DNA of 59,463 bases, filler included, from 6 parts of 6 records of this genome joined end to end with filler, not necessarily neighbours in it; one strand, 5' to 3'. Shown: positions 37,516 through 47,896, counted from the first letter of the whole stretch. The notes: a model not told the origin generated them from the sequence alone. Program-made: numbers and translations.

Positions 37516-39528
37516 TTAATAAACGCTCTTAGGAGGTATTCTTTCCATTACAAATGCTGTTCGTGCTGGTAAATAAAGTTTAAGTTGATACTGATCTTTA
37601 TTATAAGGCATTCTGTGAGAATAGTAATGAACTGATTCATCTATATTACCATAGCCACCAAACTCAGGGCTATCAGAGCTTAAAACTATTCTATATTTAC
37701 CCGCTTCGGTAAAAAAGCCATAATCTGCGTAGGATTGACTCGGGGAAAAATTGAAAAATACATAGTAATTTCCCCTTTTGAAACACATAATCTGATCAGC
37801 TTCGTTGATGCAAACACCATAGGTAGGTTCGTTATGAGCCAATATTTTTTTACCAACTTCTATCATTTTACGATCAAAAGCCGCTAAAAACTTAAATTTT
37901 AAATCGGGATGATCCATTAAACTCCATTGACGGCGTGCATATTTATAAGACCATCCGTTTCCTTCTCTTGGGAAGTCAATCCATTCAGGGTGACCAAATT
38001 CATTACCCATAAAATTTAAATAACCACCATATGACGTTGAAAGCGTAGCCAGTCGTATCATTTTATGTAGTGCAATACCTCGATCAATAATTAAACTTTC
38101 AGATTTGAGATCCATCCTATCATACATCTCTTTATCTACGAGGCGGAACATAATGGTTTTATCTCCCACTAAAGCCTGATCGTGTGATTCTGCATAGGCA
38201 ATGGTTTTTTCTCCGTACCGATGTTGACTTAACTCATGAAATATTTGCGCTACATTCCAGTTTTCATCGCTTTTTTCTTTGATGATTTTAATCCAGAAAT
38301 CTGGCACACCCATGGATAGACGGAAATCGAAACCAATACCTCCATTTTCAATCACGTCAGCTAAACCTGGCAAACCACTCATGTCCTCAGCTACAGTGAT
38401 GGTATGTGGATTAATGTGGTGAATAAGCTGGTTCGCTAAAGTAAGATAGGTCAGAGCATCATAGTCTTCGGTTCCGTTAAAATAATCGGCATAAGACGAA
38501 AATGCATATTCCAGTCCGTGGTGTACATAAAGCATGCTGGTGACACCATCAAACCTAAAGCCATCAAAATGAAATTCTTCAATCCAGTATCTGCAGTTGG
38601 AAAGCAAAAACTGCAGCACCTCATTTTTACCATAATTAAAGCATTTACTGTCCCAGGCAGGATGTTCCCCTTTTCCACCGTCATGAAAATATTGATAAAC
38701 AGTACCGTCAAACCTACCTAATCCTTCTACCTCATTTTTTACTGCATGAGAGTGTACAATATCCATGATAACTGCAATGCCGTTTTTGTGGGCTTCGTTA
38801 ATGAGCGATTTTAAATCTTCAGGTGTTCCAAAACGAGAGGATACTGCAAAAAAGTTAGATACATGATAACCAAAACTACCATAGTAAGGGTGTTCCTGAA
38901 TGGCCATTAACTGAATGGTAGTATATCCTGCTTTAATTATTTTAGGAAGAATTTGCTCCTTAAATTCATTAAAAGAATTAACCTTTCCTTCTTCAGAAGA
39001 CATGCCTACGTGTCCTTCGTATATGAGCAAAGGATCTGTTTTAGGTTTAAAATCTTTATCTTCCCAAGTAAACTCCTCCTGAGGTTTCCATACCTGGGCA
39101 CTAAATATTTTAGTTTCTTCGTCCTGAACAACCCTGTTTATATACGAAGGCAAACGCATACCATCACCGCCATTCCAAAACACATGAAGTTTGAATATAT
39201 CCTGATGTTTTAAATAATCTTTAGAAATAAAAACCTCCCAGTTGCCGTGATCTCTTTTTTCGAATGAAAATCTATCTTCACATTTCCACTGGCTAAAATC
39301 ACCAATCAGAAAAATTTGTGTAGCATTAGGAGCCCACTCTCTGATGCAATAAGCATCTCCAACATCATGAATTCCATAATAATGGTGTCCTCCGGCCATA
39401 TTGTATAAATCGCCAAAAATATCGTTTAACGCTTGTAGTTTATTCTGATAATGCGCAATTCTATTTTTAATAGATTCTTCAAAAGGCTGAAGCCAGGGAT
39501 CGTTTTTTATTAAAGCAGGTGTCTCCAT
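37516..39528 (-). CDS. glgB: 1,4-alpha-glucan branching enzyme (GH13)
   Basis: EWAPNA, YYGSFGYHV, DIVHSH, GFRFDGVTSM, AEDMSG, YAESHDQALVGDK, FMGNEFGHPEWIDFPR. Confidence 0.92.
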   Translation of the reverse strand: METPALIKNDPWLQPFEESIKNRIAHYQNKLQALNDIFGDLYNMAGGHHYYGIHDVGDAYCIREWAPNATQIFLIGDFSQWKCEDRFSFEKRDHGNWEVFISKDYLKHQDIFKLHVFWNGGDGMRLPSYINRVVQDEETKIFSAQVWKPQEEFTWEDKDFKPKTDPLLIYEGHVGMSSEEGKVNSFNEFKEQILPKIIKAGYTTIQLMAIQEHPYYGSFGYHVSNFFAVSSRFGTPEDLKSLINEAHKNGIAVIMDIVHSHAVKNEVEGLGRFDGTVYQYFHDGGKGEHPAWDSKCFNYGKNEVLQFLLSNCRYWIEEFHFDGFRFDGVTSMLYVHHGLEYAFSSYADYFNGTEDYDALTYLTLANQLIHHINPHTITVAEDMSGLPGLADVIENGGIGFDFRLSMGVPDFWIKIIKEKSDENWNVAQIFHELSQHRYGEKTIAYAESHDQALVGDKTIMFRLVDKEMYDRMDLKSESLIIDRGIALHKMIRLATLSTSYGGYLNFMGNEFGHPEWIDFPREGNGWSYKYARRQWSLMDHPDLKFKFLAAFDRKMIEVGKKILAHNEPTYGVCINEADQIMCFKRGNYYVFFNFSPSQSYADYGFFTEAGKYRIVLSSDSPEFGGYGNIDESVHYYSHRMPYNKDQYQLKLYLPARTAFVMERIPPKSVY

Positions 39529-39786
39529 ATTGATATGCGGATATTAAAGTTTAGGTTATCTATTGCGTGTTGCCCGGGTAAGTTTGTTTCCCTCTAATAT
39601 AACAACTGTATTTTGTTATACTCCTATAAATTTAGAAAAATTGAAATATAATAGAACTTCATTTTTTCCTTTAGAATTGTAACTTTGTCAGTGTTAACTG
39701 AAAAAATTTCATACTCCAATGTAATTGCTTATTCTATAAGTTGTTATTCAGGGAGTTGAAAGTATTTAAAGTAAACGGAAAGTTAT

Positions 39787-41037
39787 ATGGATATACAGCA
39801 AATAAAACAGCGGTTTGGAATAATTGGAAACTCATTTGGTTTAAACAGGGCCATTGATATTGCGGTACAAGTTGCACCTACCGATTTGTCTGTGTTGATT
39901 ACCGGAGAAAGTGGAACTGGAAAAGAAGTCTTTCCTAAAATTATTCATCAGTTTAGTTCCAGAAAACACGGTCCGTATATAGCAGTCAATTGTGGTGCTA
40001 TTCCCGAAGGAACTATTGATTCTGAACTTTTTGGCCATGAAAAAGGTGCTTTTACCGGAGCGTTATCCGACAGGAAAGGGTATTTTGAAGAAGCCAATGA
40101 AGGAACCATATTTTTAGATGAGATAGGAGAATTACCGCTAGCCACTCAGGTTCGTTTATTAAGAGTCTTAGAAGCGGGTGAATTTATGAAAGTAGGCTCA
40201 TCGAAGGTACTGAAAACGAACGTTAGAGTAGTAGCAGCTACCAATGTAAAAATGGAGAAAGCTACCCAGGAAGGTAAATTCAGGGAAGATTTATTTTACC
40301 GTTTGAGTAGTGTACCTATTACAATACCGCCTTTAAGAGAAAGAGCCGACGATATTTATCTTTTGTTCCGTAAGTTTGCCAACGATTTTGCAGATCGTTA
40401 TCGCATGCCGGCGATTAAATTGCAACCTGAAGCCAGAAATATTTTAAATAGTTACAGATGGCCGGGAAATATTCGCCAATTAAAAAATATTACAGAGCAG
40501 GTTTCCGTTATTGAAGAAAATCGCGAGATTTCAGGTGAAAAAATGCAGCAGTATATTCCATTTCATACAGGAAATAATTTACCTGCAATTATGGATAACA
40601 CTTCTTCCGGAGAGGCTTCTTTTGCCAATGAACGGGAGATTCTTTACAAAGTTCTTTTTGACATGAAAAAGGATATGGGTGATTTAAAGAAGCTGGTGTT
40701 AGATATGATTCAGCATGAAGGATCGGTGAATGTTCAAGGTGAGCATGCGCATATCATTCAAAAATTGTATGATCAGGAAGGAAGCGAAATTATTGGTAAA
40801 AATGAGCAAACAGGAGCTCCTGTTATTATTAAAAACTCAAATGCCAATATGCATGATTCGATTGAAGATACAGAGGAATTTGTAGAAGAATCTTTGTCGT
40901 TGGAGGATAAAGAAATTGAGTTAATTAAGAAAGCTTTAGATAAATATAATGGTAAACGTAAATATGCGGCACAAGAATTGGGAATATCTGAGCGCACATT
41001 ATACCGAAAAATAAAAGAATATAATATTACCAATTAA
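39787..41037 (+). CDS. Sigma54-dependent enhancer-binding protein lacking an N-terminal sensor domain
   Basis: AAA+ domain starts at about residue 10; GESGTGKE, GAFTGA, FLDEIG, WPGNIRQL; C-terminal Fis-type HTH. Confidence 0.92.
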   Translation: MDIQQIKQRFGIIGNSFGLNRAIDIAVQVAPTDLSVLITGESGTGKEVFPKIIHQFSSRKHGPYIAVNCGAIPEGTIDSELFGHEKGAFTGALSDRKGYFEEANEGTIFLDEIGELPLATQVRLLRVLEAGEFMKVGSSKVLKTNVRVVAATNVKMEKATQEGKFREDLFYRLSSVPITIPPLRERADDIYLLFRKFANDFADRYRMPAIKLQPEARNILNSYRWPGNIRQLKNITEQVSVIEENREISGEKMQQYIPFHTGNNLPAIMDNTSSGEASFANEREILYKVLFDMKKDMGDLKKLVLDMIQHEGSVNVQGEHAHIIQKLYDQEGSEIIGKNEQTGAPVIIKNSNANMHDSIEDTEEFVEESLSLEDKEIELIKKALDKYNGKRKYAAQELGISERTLYRKIKEYNITN

Positions 41038-41038
41038 T

Positions 41039-41539
41039 ATGATGAGATTATTAACAGGATTATTAATGGTTTTTACCATTGTGAGTTGCTCAGTAAGGTT
41101 TACTTTAAATGGAGCCTCGGTGCCGGATAATTTAAAAACATTTACTGTACAGTATTTTGAAAACAGAGCACCCTTAATTAATCCAACGCTAAGTCAGACA
41201 TTTACAGAATCTTTAAAAGACAGGATTACCAATGAGTCTCGTTTGATTTTGGAAGAACGGGATGCAGATATTGACTTTTCAGGAGAAATAACCGGTTATA
41301 GTATTCGTCCAATGGCCATACAGGCTGATGCGGTTTCGGCAGAAACTCGTTTAACAGTATCAGTTAAGGTTAGATATCGTAATTTTAAAGATCCTAAAAC
41401 TAACTGGGAGTCATCGTTTAGTGCTTATGAGGATTATCCAAGTGAGCAGAATATTAACGATGTGGAAGATGAGCTGATTACGCTCATTCTCGAAAAAATT
41501 ACTCAGGACATTTTTAATAAAGCATTTTCAGATTGGTAG
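41039..41539 (+). CDS. LptE-like lipoprotein (Bacteroidota type)
   Basis: Lipobox IVSC; FENRAP, GEITGY, RLTVSVKV, QDIFNKA. Confidence 0.75.
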   Translation: MMRLLTGLLMVFTIVSCSVRFTLNGASVPDNLKTFTVQYFENRAPLINPTLSQTFTESLKDRITNESRLILEERDADIDFSGEITGYSIRPMAIQADAVSAETRLTVSVKVRYRNFKDPKTNWESSFSAYEDYPSEQNINDVEDELITLILEKITQDIFNKAFSDW

Positions 41540-41552
41540 AAGCGAGGCGTAA

Positions 41553-42458
41553 ATGAATAAGTTGCAGTTTGTAGAATTATTAGATCATCCGGAGCGGGTT
41601 AATGAAAACACCTTGAGTGAATTAAAGGAGATTATAGAAGAATATCCTTTTTTTCAGGCTGGGCGTATGTTGTTAATTAAGAATCTTCATAAAATTGATC
41701 ATATTAAATACAACAGCGAGTTACGTAATTCTGCCGCTTACATTGCCGATAGATCCAAACTGTTTCATTTAATTCATACCATTCAGGAAGAACCAGAGCC
41801 TGTTGTAGAAGAAGTTGAAGAAACAATAGTTGAAAAGTCGGAACCGGTTATTGAACAACAGGAGGAGAAAGCAGAAAAAGATCAAGCTATATCGGTAACT
41901 GCAACAGAAAATTATTTAAATGCATCGGATGAATTTGAGGATGCGAATGGAAGCCTGGTTAATTTTAATTTGGCAGAAAAGGAGATTGATGAGGAAGAAG
42001 TAGAGCTGCAGAACCTGGTTTTACCGGCTGCTGATTTATTGGATTACGATGTAACCACCACATCCAATTATTCTTTGCCATCTATAGATGAGATTGAAAA
42101 AGTAAGTCAGGATGAAAATCGATCGTTTTCAGACTGGCTTCATATTATGCATTATACCGAAGCTCCTAAAAATAAAGAGAAGGAGAAACCCCGAAGTAAG
42201 GGTATGGATTTAATTGATAGCTTCTTAAATTCAAAACCAAAAATTGAGGCAGGGGGTCAAAAGAAAACCAAAGACGGAGATCTTTCTGCAAAAAGTGCGA
42301 GTACTCCGGAGGATATTTTGTCGGAAACATTAGCCGAAATTCATATTAAGCAAGGCAATAAATCTAAGGCTATTTCGATTTTTGAGAAATTACGTTTGAA
42401 ATATCCTGAAAAAAATGTTTACTTTGCACGGCGAATTAGCGAGTTAAAAGAAAATTAA
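41553..42458 (+). CDS. Conserved Bacteroidota hypothetical protein with TPR-like C-terminus
   Basis: EYPFFQ N-domain, acidic linker, SETLAEIHIKQG...LRLKYPEK..YFA. Confidence 0.8.
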   Translation: MNKLQFVELLDHPERVNENTLSELKEIIEEYPFFQAGRMLLIKNLHKIDHIKYNSELRNSAAYIADRSKLFHLIHTIQEEPEPVVEEVEETIVEKSEPVIEQQEEKAEKDQAISVTATENYLNASDEFEDANGSLVNFNLAEKEIDEEEVELQNLVLPAADLLDYDVTTTSNYSLPSIDEIEKVSQDENRSFSDWLHIMHYTEAPKNKEKEKPRSKGMDLIDSFLNSKPKIEAGGQKKTKDGDLSAKSASTPEDILSETLAEIHIKQGNKSKAISIFEKLRLKYPEKNVYFARRISELKEN

Positions 42459-42478
42459 TTTTTTAAATTATAAAGAAG

Positions 42479-42844
42479 ATGTATACAGTTGTATCTGTAC
42501 TAGTAATAGTTGTAAGTATTTTATTAATACTTATTGTTTTGGTTCAGGATTCAAAAGGTGGAGGTTTAGCTTCTAACTTTTCTGCATCAAACCAAATAAT
42601 GGGAGTTAGAAAGACTACTGATTTTTTAGGTAAAGCAACATGGTATTTAGCAGCCGGTTTGTTAGTGTTATCTTTAGTAGCAGTTGTGGTAATACCAAAA
42701 GCAGGTTCAGTAGAAAATTCAGCATTAGATGAAAAGCTAAATGAAATTTCTCAACCGCAAACTACATTACCTAGTTTCCCAACAGAAGCAGGAGCTGGAA
42801 GCGCAACTTCAGCAGATGAAAATGCAACAACTACTGATAAATAA
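42479..42844 (+). CDS. secG: Preprotein translocase subunit SecG
   Basis: LVQDSKGGGL motif; two TM helices; TDFLGKATW. Confidence 0.93.
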   Translation: MYTVVSVLVIVVSILLILIVLVQDSKGGGLASNFSASNQIMGVRKTTDFLGKATWYLAAGLLVLSLVAVVVIPKAGSVENSALDEKLNEISQPQTTLPSFPTEAGAGSATSADENATTTDK

Positions 42845-42867
42845 ATTTCTACCGAACTAAAATATAG

Positions 42868-42899
42868 AAACCGACATGAATTTCATGTCGGTTTTTTTT
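42868..42899 (+). terminator. Rho-independent terminator after secG
   Basis: AAACCGACATGAA-T-TTCATGTCGGTTT followed by a T-run. Confidence 0.88.
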
Positions 42900-42997
42900 G
42901 TCTTAAAATGGCAGTATTCCAAACAGGTGAAGTGAGAGATATGACAGAACTATGAAATAATGTCATGTTATAAGTGTCAAATGACCTTTTTTTTGAA

Positions 42998-43016
42998 TTG
43001 GCACAATTTGTGACAA
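42998..43016 (+). promoter_or_regulatory. Putative sigma54-type (-24/-12) promoter or operator upstream of groES
   Basis: TTGGCACAATTTGTGA: GG-N10-GA, with a non-canonical -12; also an imperfect palindrome. Confidence 0.45.
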
Positions 43017-43059
43017 AAGACCGCCGAATAAATTGTTTAACTTTTAAATATTATAAGAT

Positions 43060-43338
43060 ATGTCAGAAGTAAAAGGAAAGATCCTTGCCGGAAAAATTTT
43101 GGTTAAGCCTCAGGAGGCAGAAACAAAAACTGCAAGTGGAATCATTATTCCTGATTCAGCTAAAGAAAAGCCTCTTCAGGGAGAAGTTGTTTTAGTAGGT
43201 GCTGAAAAACAAGATGAGAAAATGGAAGTTGCTGTTGGTGATGTGGTACTTTACGGAAAATATGCCGGTACTGAACTAAACATTGAAGGGGTAGATTATC
43301 TATTGATTTCTCAATCAGACGTATTATTTATTAAATAA
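43060..43338 (+). CDS. groES: Co-chaperonin GroES
   Basis: KTASGIIIPDSAKEKP, VGDVVLYGKYAGTE. Confidence 0.97.
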   Translation: MSEVKGKILAGKILVKPQEAETKTASGIIIPDSAKEKPLQGEVVLVGAEKQDEKMEVAVGDVVLYGKYAGTELNIEGVDYLLISQSDVLFIK

Positions 43339-43367
43339 GTTATTAACTAGTTAAAGCTTAAAACAAA

Positions 43368-43397
43368 ATGGCTAAAGAAATTAAATTCGATATTGAA
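43368..43397 (+). CDS. groEL: Chaperonin GroEL, first 10 codons (cut by contig end)
   Basis: MAKEIKFDIE directly after groES. Confidence 0.85.
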
Positions 43398-43497
43398 NNN
43401 NNNNNNNNNNNNNNNNNNNNNNNNNNNNNNNNNNNNNNNNNTTAATTAATTAANNNNNNNNNNNNNNNNNNNNNNNNNNNNNNNNNNNNNNNNNNNN
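43398..43497. other. Artificial contig linker
   Basis: N-run + TTAATTAATTAA + N-run. Confidence 0.98.
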
Positions 43498-43794
43498 AAA
43501 ACCTGCAATTTGAGAGTAATCTTCACCTCGAGCCGTTAAAAAAGCAACAATTGTATTTTTTAAACTTGGTATGCGTTTAATTTCTTCACAAGTTTCAATA
43601 CCATCCATTTCTGGCATCATTACATCTAATATAATGAGTTGAGGTAGCTCTTTTTTGGCAATGTTAATGGCATCCATTCCATTTTGCGAAGTAATAACGT
43701 TAAATCCTTCTTTTTTTAAATTGTAACTGACGAACTCTAAAATATCCGGTTCATCGTCTACCAATAAAATTTTATAATTATCAGCTTCTATCAT
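43498..43794 (-). CDS. OmpR/PhoB-like response regulator, REC part (3' end lost)
   Basis: LVDDEPD, ILDVMMP, FLTARGEDY; next to a PhoR-like kinase and PiT. Confidence 0.85.
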
Positions 43795-43856
43795 TTTTAA
43801 AGCGTTTGATTTTGGGGTGAAAGTTACATTAATTGATTAAAATTATGGCTCACCAT

Positions 43857-43884
43857 TGTTAACCAAATGTAATTAAATTGTTAT
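43857..43884 (-). promoter_or_regulatory. Pho-box-like 11-bp-period direct repeats upstream of the response regulator
   Basis: Minus strand ATAACA-n5-ATTACA-n5-TTAACA. Confidence 0.6.
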
Positions 43885-43896
43885 AATATCCTTTCT

Positions 43897-44952
43897 TTAA
43901 TTGATGTGTTTCGCAGTTTTGGCTTTTGCCAAAGTAATAGTAAAGCTAGTTCCGCTTCCAAATGTACTCGTAACATTAATGGTTTGCTTGTGTGCTTCAA
44001 TAATGTGTTTTACAATGGCTAGTCCTAAACCTGTACCTCCTTGTTCGCGCGACCTGCTTTTGTCAGCACGATAAAATCGTTCGAATATTCTTGGTAAATC
44101 TGTATCTTTAATTCCAATTCCATTGTCCTTAACCTCAATTAAATAACGGTTGTCCATATCGTAAAAATTCACCGAGGTTTTTCCTCCTTGTCTACCGTAG
44201 TTTATAGAGTTTACAACAAGATTACTGAAAACCTGAAACAGCCTTTGTTTATCACCATATACCATTAGTTGTTTTTCTCCGGCTTTATTGAGTTTAAGTT
44301 CAATGTTCTTATTTTCAGCTCTTATCTCTTGTAAATCAAAAATGTCTTCAATGAGTTGGAATAGATTAAATGATTCCTGATTAATCTCTAATTCACCTGC
44401 TTCTAATTTCGAAATGGCTTCTAAATCCTCAATAATACTAATCATACGATCAATACTTTTTTCGGTACGATTAAGATATAATTGATTGATATTCTTATCA
44501 TCAAGCCCACCGTCCAGTAGGGTTAAAATGTAACCTTGTATATTAAATATGGGTGTTTTTAGCTCATGAGATACATTACCTAGAAATTCCTTTCGGTACC
44601 TTTCCATTTGTTTTAATTGCTGAATTTCTTTGGTTTTGCCCTGCATCCAATTGGCGACCTGTTTATTAACTTCGGTAAAAGGATCTTTATCTTTATTTAT
44701 TTCTATACCGTTACCAGTTGATGGTTTAAAATGGTGTATGGTTTTATAAATCGGTTTTACTTTTGATTTGATATACTGATTTATAAAGTAACCTGCATAC
44801 AGGCCATAAATGATAACCAATACAGGTATGGATATTAATAAGGATATGAGGATATTAGGAGAGAAGTAGTTTGCTAAAAAAAACAGAATCGTCAGGAAAA
44901 AATAAATGACTGTTGATAATATGGTTATTTTCTTTGATGTAATGTTTTTCAT
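43897..44952 (-). CDS. PhoR-like sensor histidine kinase
   Basis: Two N-terminal TM helices; EFLGNVSHELKTPI, NLVVNSINY, FERFYRADKSRSREQGGTGLGL. Confidence 0.9.
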   Translation of the reverse strand: MKNITSKKITILSTVIYFFLTILFFLANYFSPNILISLLISIPVLVIIYGLYAGYFINQYIKSKVKPIYKTIHHFKPSTGNGIEINKDKDPFTEVNKQVANWMQGKTKEIQQLKQMERYRKEFLGNVSHELKTPIFNIQGYILTLLDGGLDDKNINQLYLNRTEKSIDRMISIIEDLEAISKLEAGELEINQESFNLFQLIEDIFDLQEIRAENKNIELKLNKAGEKQLMVYGDKQRLFQVFSNLVVNSINYGRQGGKTSVNFYDMDNRYLIEVKDNGIGIKDTDLPRIFERFYRADKSRSREQGGTGLGLAIVKHIIEAHKQTINVTSTFGSGTSFTITLAKAKTAKHIN

Positions 44953-45273
44953 CTGTTTAAAATTAGCAAAACTTTGATAATCAGAACAAATTTTAATTGT
45001 ACTCCTATGTGGCCTAATTATTTACTCCGGCCATGCCGGTTTCATGTGATGAATAATCTTAATATGCACTTATAAATTTAAAGGCATAATAGTTAAATGC
45101 CATTTTTAAAGATAAGGTAATATAGCATTAGGGGCAAATGTACTATGATTTGTATAGATTGCAGAGAGATTAAAGTGAATTTTATATGAAATGTGTCAAT
45201 TGAAAGTGCATGCATAGTCAGTTCATTTTAGTTTATATGATATCAAATTATATTTGCGCTTTATTTTGGATTT

Positions 45274-47547
45274 ATGGAATATCTATATGTGCTTGTTGTT
45301 TTATTATTGTTGTTGGGGATTGCTGATCTGGTTGTAGGAATTTCCAATGATGCTGTAAACTTTCTTTATTCAGCCATAGGTTCCAGAGTTGCCAAATTTA
45401 AAGCTATCTATTTAATTGCCGGTGCCGGTCTCATCATTGGAACCATTTTTTCAGGTGGCATGATGGAAGTAGCACGTAAAAGTATTTTTTATCCAGAAAA
45501 CTTGTATTTAAGTCAGTTGCTAATTCTCTTTTTAGCAGTTATGATCACTGATATCATACTGGTTGATCTTTTCAATACTTTCGGATTTCCAACTTCTACT
45601 ACCATAGCTATTGTTTTTGAATTATTAGGCGGTGCACTTGCGCTTGGCTTAATTATTATAGGAGGTGATAATCCGGATAATTTAAATATTAGCCATTTAA
45701 TAAATACGCAAAGGGTATTTTTAATATTAACCGGTATTGTAATATCTATTGTTCTGGCTTTTATATCAGGTAGTATTATCCAGTTTTTAGCACGATTGGT
45801 TTTTACATTTCGATATAAAGAAAGGTTTAGGTTTTTATTTTCCCTGGCAGGTGCTATATCGTTAACCTCTATTTTATTTTTATTGCTTAAAAAGGATATT
45901 TGGTTGGCAGATTTTATATATAAATTATTACATATAAGTGCCGATTTTAATTTAGTCATTATCCTGGCTTTATTTTTTGCTATTACTTTCTCGCTATTTA
46001 TTGTGTTGGCTTTAATTTTCAAAGTTGACATTCCTAAAATTGTAGTTTTATGTGGAACGTTTGCATTGGCCTTATCATTTGCTGCAAACGATTTAGTGAA
46101 TTTTATAGGCGTTCCTTTAGCTGCTCTTGAAGGTTTTGTTTCTTTTAAGCAGTCTGGAGTGTCTGATCCTTCTCATTTTTTGATGAATATATGGGAAGGG
46201 GGAGTATTAAATACTAAGCTTTTTGCTGCAGACTGGTATAACTGCATTTATATTTTTGCCGGAATCATAATGGTTGTAACCATGTTTTATTCAAAAAAAG
46301 CACGAACTGTTATGAATACCGAATTATATCTCGGCAGACAAGATGCAGGTTATGAAAATTTTGAACCTTCTGCCATGTCCCGGTTAATCGTTAGAGCTTT
46401 TTTGCTGGCATATAAAGGGATAATTTCAAAAGCACCTAAAAAAATGGTAGCCAGGTTTTCGAATCGTTATAAACGATACGATGATAATACGATCAACGAA
46501 AATGAAGAAATAATTTATTTTGATACGGTGCGTGGGAGTGTAAACCTTGTGGTTTCAAGTATACTGATTACAATTGGTACTTATTTTAAATTTCCATTAT
46601 CCACAACTTTCGTGGTTTTTATGGTCGCAATGGGAACTTCATTGTCTGATCAGGCATGGGGTAGAGATAGTGCTGTGTATAGAATTTCAGGTGTGCTATC
46701 TGTATTAGGCGGTTGGTTTATTACGGCTAGTGTTGGGTTTGTTGGAGCATTTATTATTACGGTTTTTATATGGTGGGCAGAAATCTATGCTATTATATTA
46801 TTAGTAATGATGCTATGTTTGATTATATATCAAACCAATAAAATACATAAAAAGGCAAGGCTTCAGAGAAAGGCTATTAAGGCTGCCTACAAACGACAAG
46901 TAAATAATGATATTGAAAATCTGGTTGATTCAGGAAGTGAAAGAATCAGAAAGCATATTATAGAAACACTGAAAATATATATACTCGCTATTCAGGGTTT
47001 TGTAGATGAAAACACAAGGCAGTTGAAAGAAACCTGTGAAAAAGCCAAATACCTCGAAAAAGTATCTAGATCTATTAAAGAAGAATTATTCGAAAGTTTT
47101 ACAGGTTCCAAAAACAGTACTTTTGATTCCGGACATTATTTTATACAAGCTATTGACTATTTAGGCGAATTATCTCAAACCTTACGCCGCATTGCCGATC
47201 CTGTATTTACTCATGTAGAAAATCAGCATAAAGGATTATCACCTTCTCAAAAAGAAGATGCTTTGTTTCTATTGGAAGAGGTAGCCGGTTTCTTTAATTA
47301 TTTAATTCATATAGAAAAGGAGCAGCGGTTTAATGCTGTACCGGAGATGATTGAGAAGCAAGAGGTATTATTAGATATAATTGAGGACCTTAGACGGAAA
47401 CAATTAAAACGGATTATGGCAGGTGTTGGAAAAACAAAATCGAGCATGTTGTTGCTGGAGTGTTATGCTGAATCTAAGAATCTTGTATTATATACGATTA
47501 ACCTGTTAAAGTCGCATAGGGATTTTTACCAGGAAAGTGCTAAATAA
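45274..47547 (+). CDS. PiT-family inorganic phosphate transporter with C-terminal PhoU-like helical domain
   Basis: Signatures GISNDAVNF, PTSTT, AANDLVNF, PLSTT; soluble helical C-terminus. Confidence 0.88.
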   Translation: MEYLYVLVVLLLLLGIADLVVGISNDAVNFLYSAIGSRVAKFKAIYLIAGAGLIIGTIFSGGMMEVARKSIFYPENLYLSQLLILFLAVMITDIILVDLFNTFGFPTSTTIAIVFELLGGALALGLIIIGGDNPDNLNISHLINTQRVFLILTGIVISIVLAFISGSIIQFLARLVFTFRYKERFRFLFSLAGAISLTSILFLLLKKDIWLADFIYKLLHISADFNLVIILALFFAITFSLFIVLALIFKVDIPKIVVLCGTFALALSFAANDLVNFIGVPLAALEGFVSFKQSGVSDPSHFLMNIWEGGVLNTKLFAADWYNCIYIFAGIIMVVTMFYSKKARTVMNTELYLGRQDAGYENFEPSAMSRLIVRAFLLAYKGIISKAPKKMVARFSNRYKRYDDNTINENEEIIYFDTVRGSVNLVVSSILITIGTYFKFPLSTTFVVFMVAMGTSLSDQAWGRDSAVYRISGVLSVLGGWFITASVGFVGAFIITVFIWWAEIYAIILLVMMLCLIIYQTNKIHKKARLQRKAIKAAYKRQVNNDIENLVDSGSERIRKHIIETLKIYILAIQGFVDENTRQLKETCEKAKYLEKVSRSIKEELFESFTGSKNSTFDSGHYFIQAIDYLGELSQTLRRIADPVFTHVENQHKGLSPSQKEDALFLLEEVAGFFNYLIHIEKEQRFNAVPEMIEKQEVLLDIIEDLRRKQLKRIMAGVGKTKSSMLLLECYAESKNLVLYTINLLKSHRDFYQESAK

Positions 47548-47612
47548 TATAAGCAAAATATTTCATTTTACTTACCTGATTTGTCCTGCATTTGCAGGCA
47601 CAATAAATCAAT

Positions 47613-47759
47613 GTTATTGCAGTGTTAAACAATCGTTAACTGGTCTATTTTTAACATTGGATTTACTGGTTGAATAAGATGTAAAGCTGCAGTTAATCAA
47701 GTATATAAAGTTTAATTTACATTAACCTATACTTCATATACCCTTAAAGTTTACTTATC
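47613..47759. promoter_or_regulatory. Pho-box-like repeat arrays upstream of the TonB-dependent receptor
   Basis: GTTA(A/T) at 47613, 47624, 47635; TTAAC/TTTAC at 47651, 47662; TTAAC, TTCAT, TTAAA, TTATC at 47722, 47733, 47744, 47755 (11-bp spacing); -7 element TATTTTTG at 47781. Confidence 0.55.
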
Positions 47760-47896
47760 GAATAGCCCATTTTCACAACATATTTTTGCTTCAGAATTTT
47801 TAGGAAAGAAAAGAAGTAAAATCACATTAAAGTCCTAAACACACACAGGCAGGAAAATTTAATGTGGTCATGTTTAAATAAATATTTAGGGATTAA

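Noticed and set aside
42900-43059. CIRCE (HrcA) operator upstream of groES
   Set aside because: No TTAGCACTC-N9-GAGTGCTAA match; only the TTGGCAC-containing imperfect palindrome reported above.
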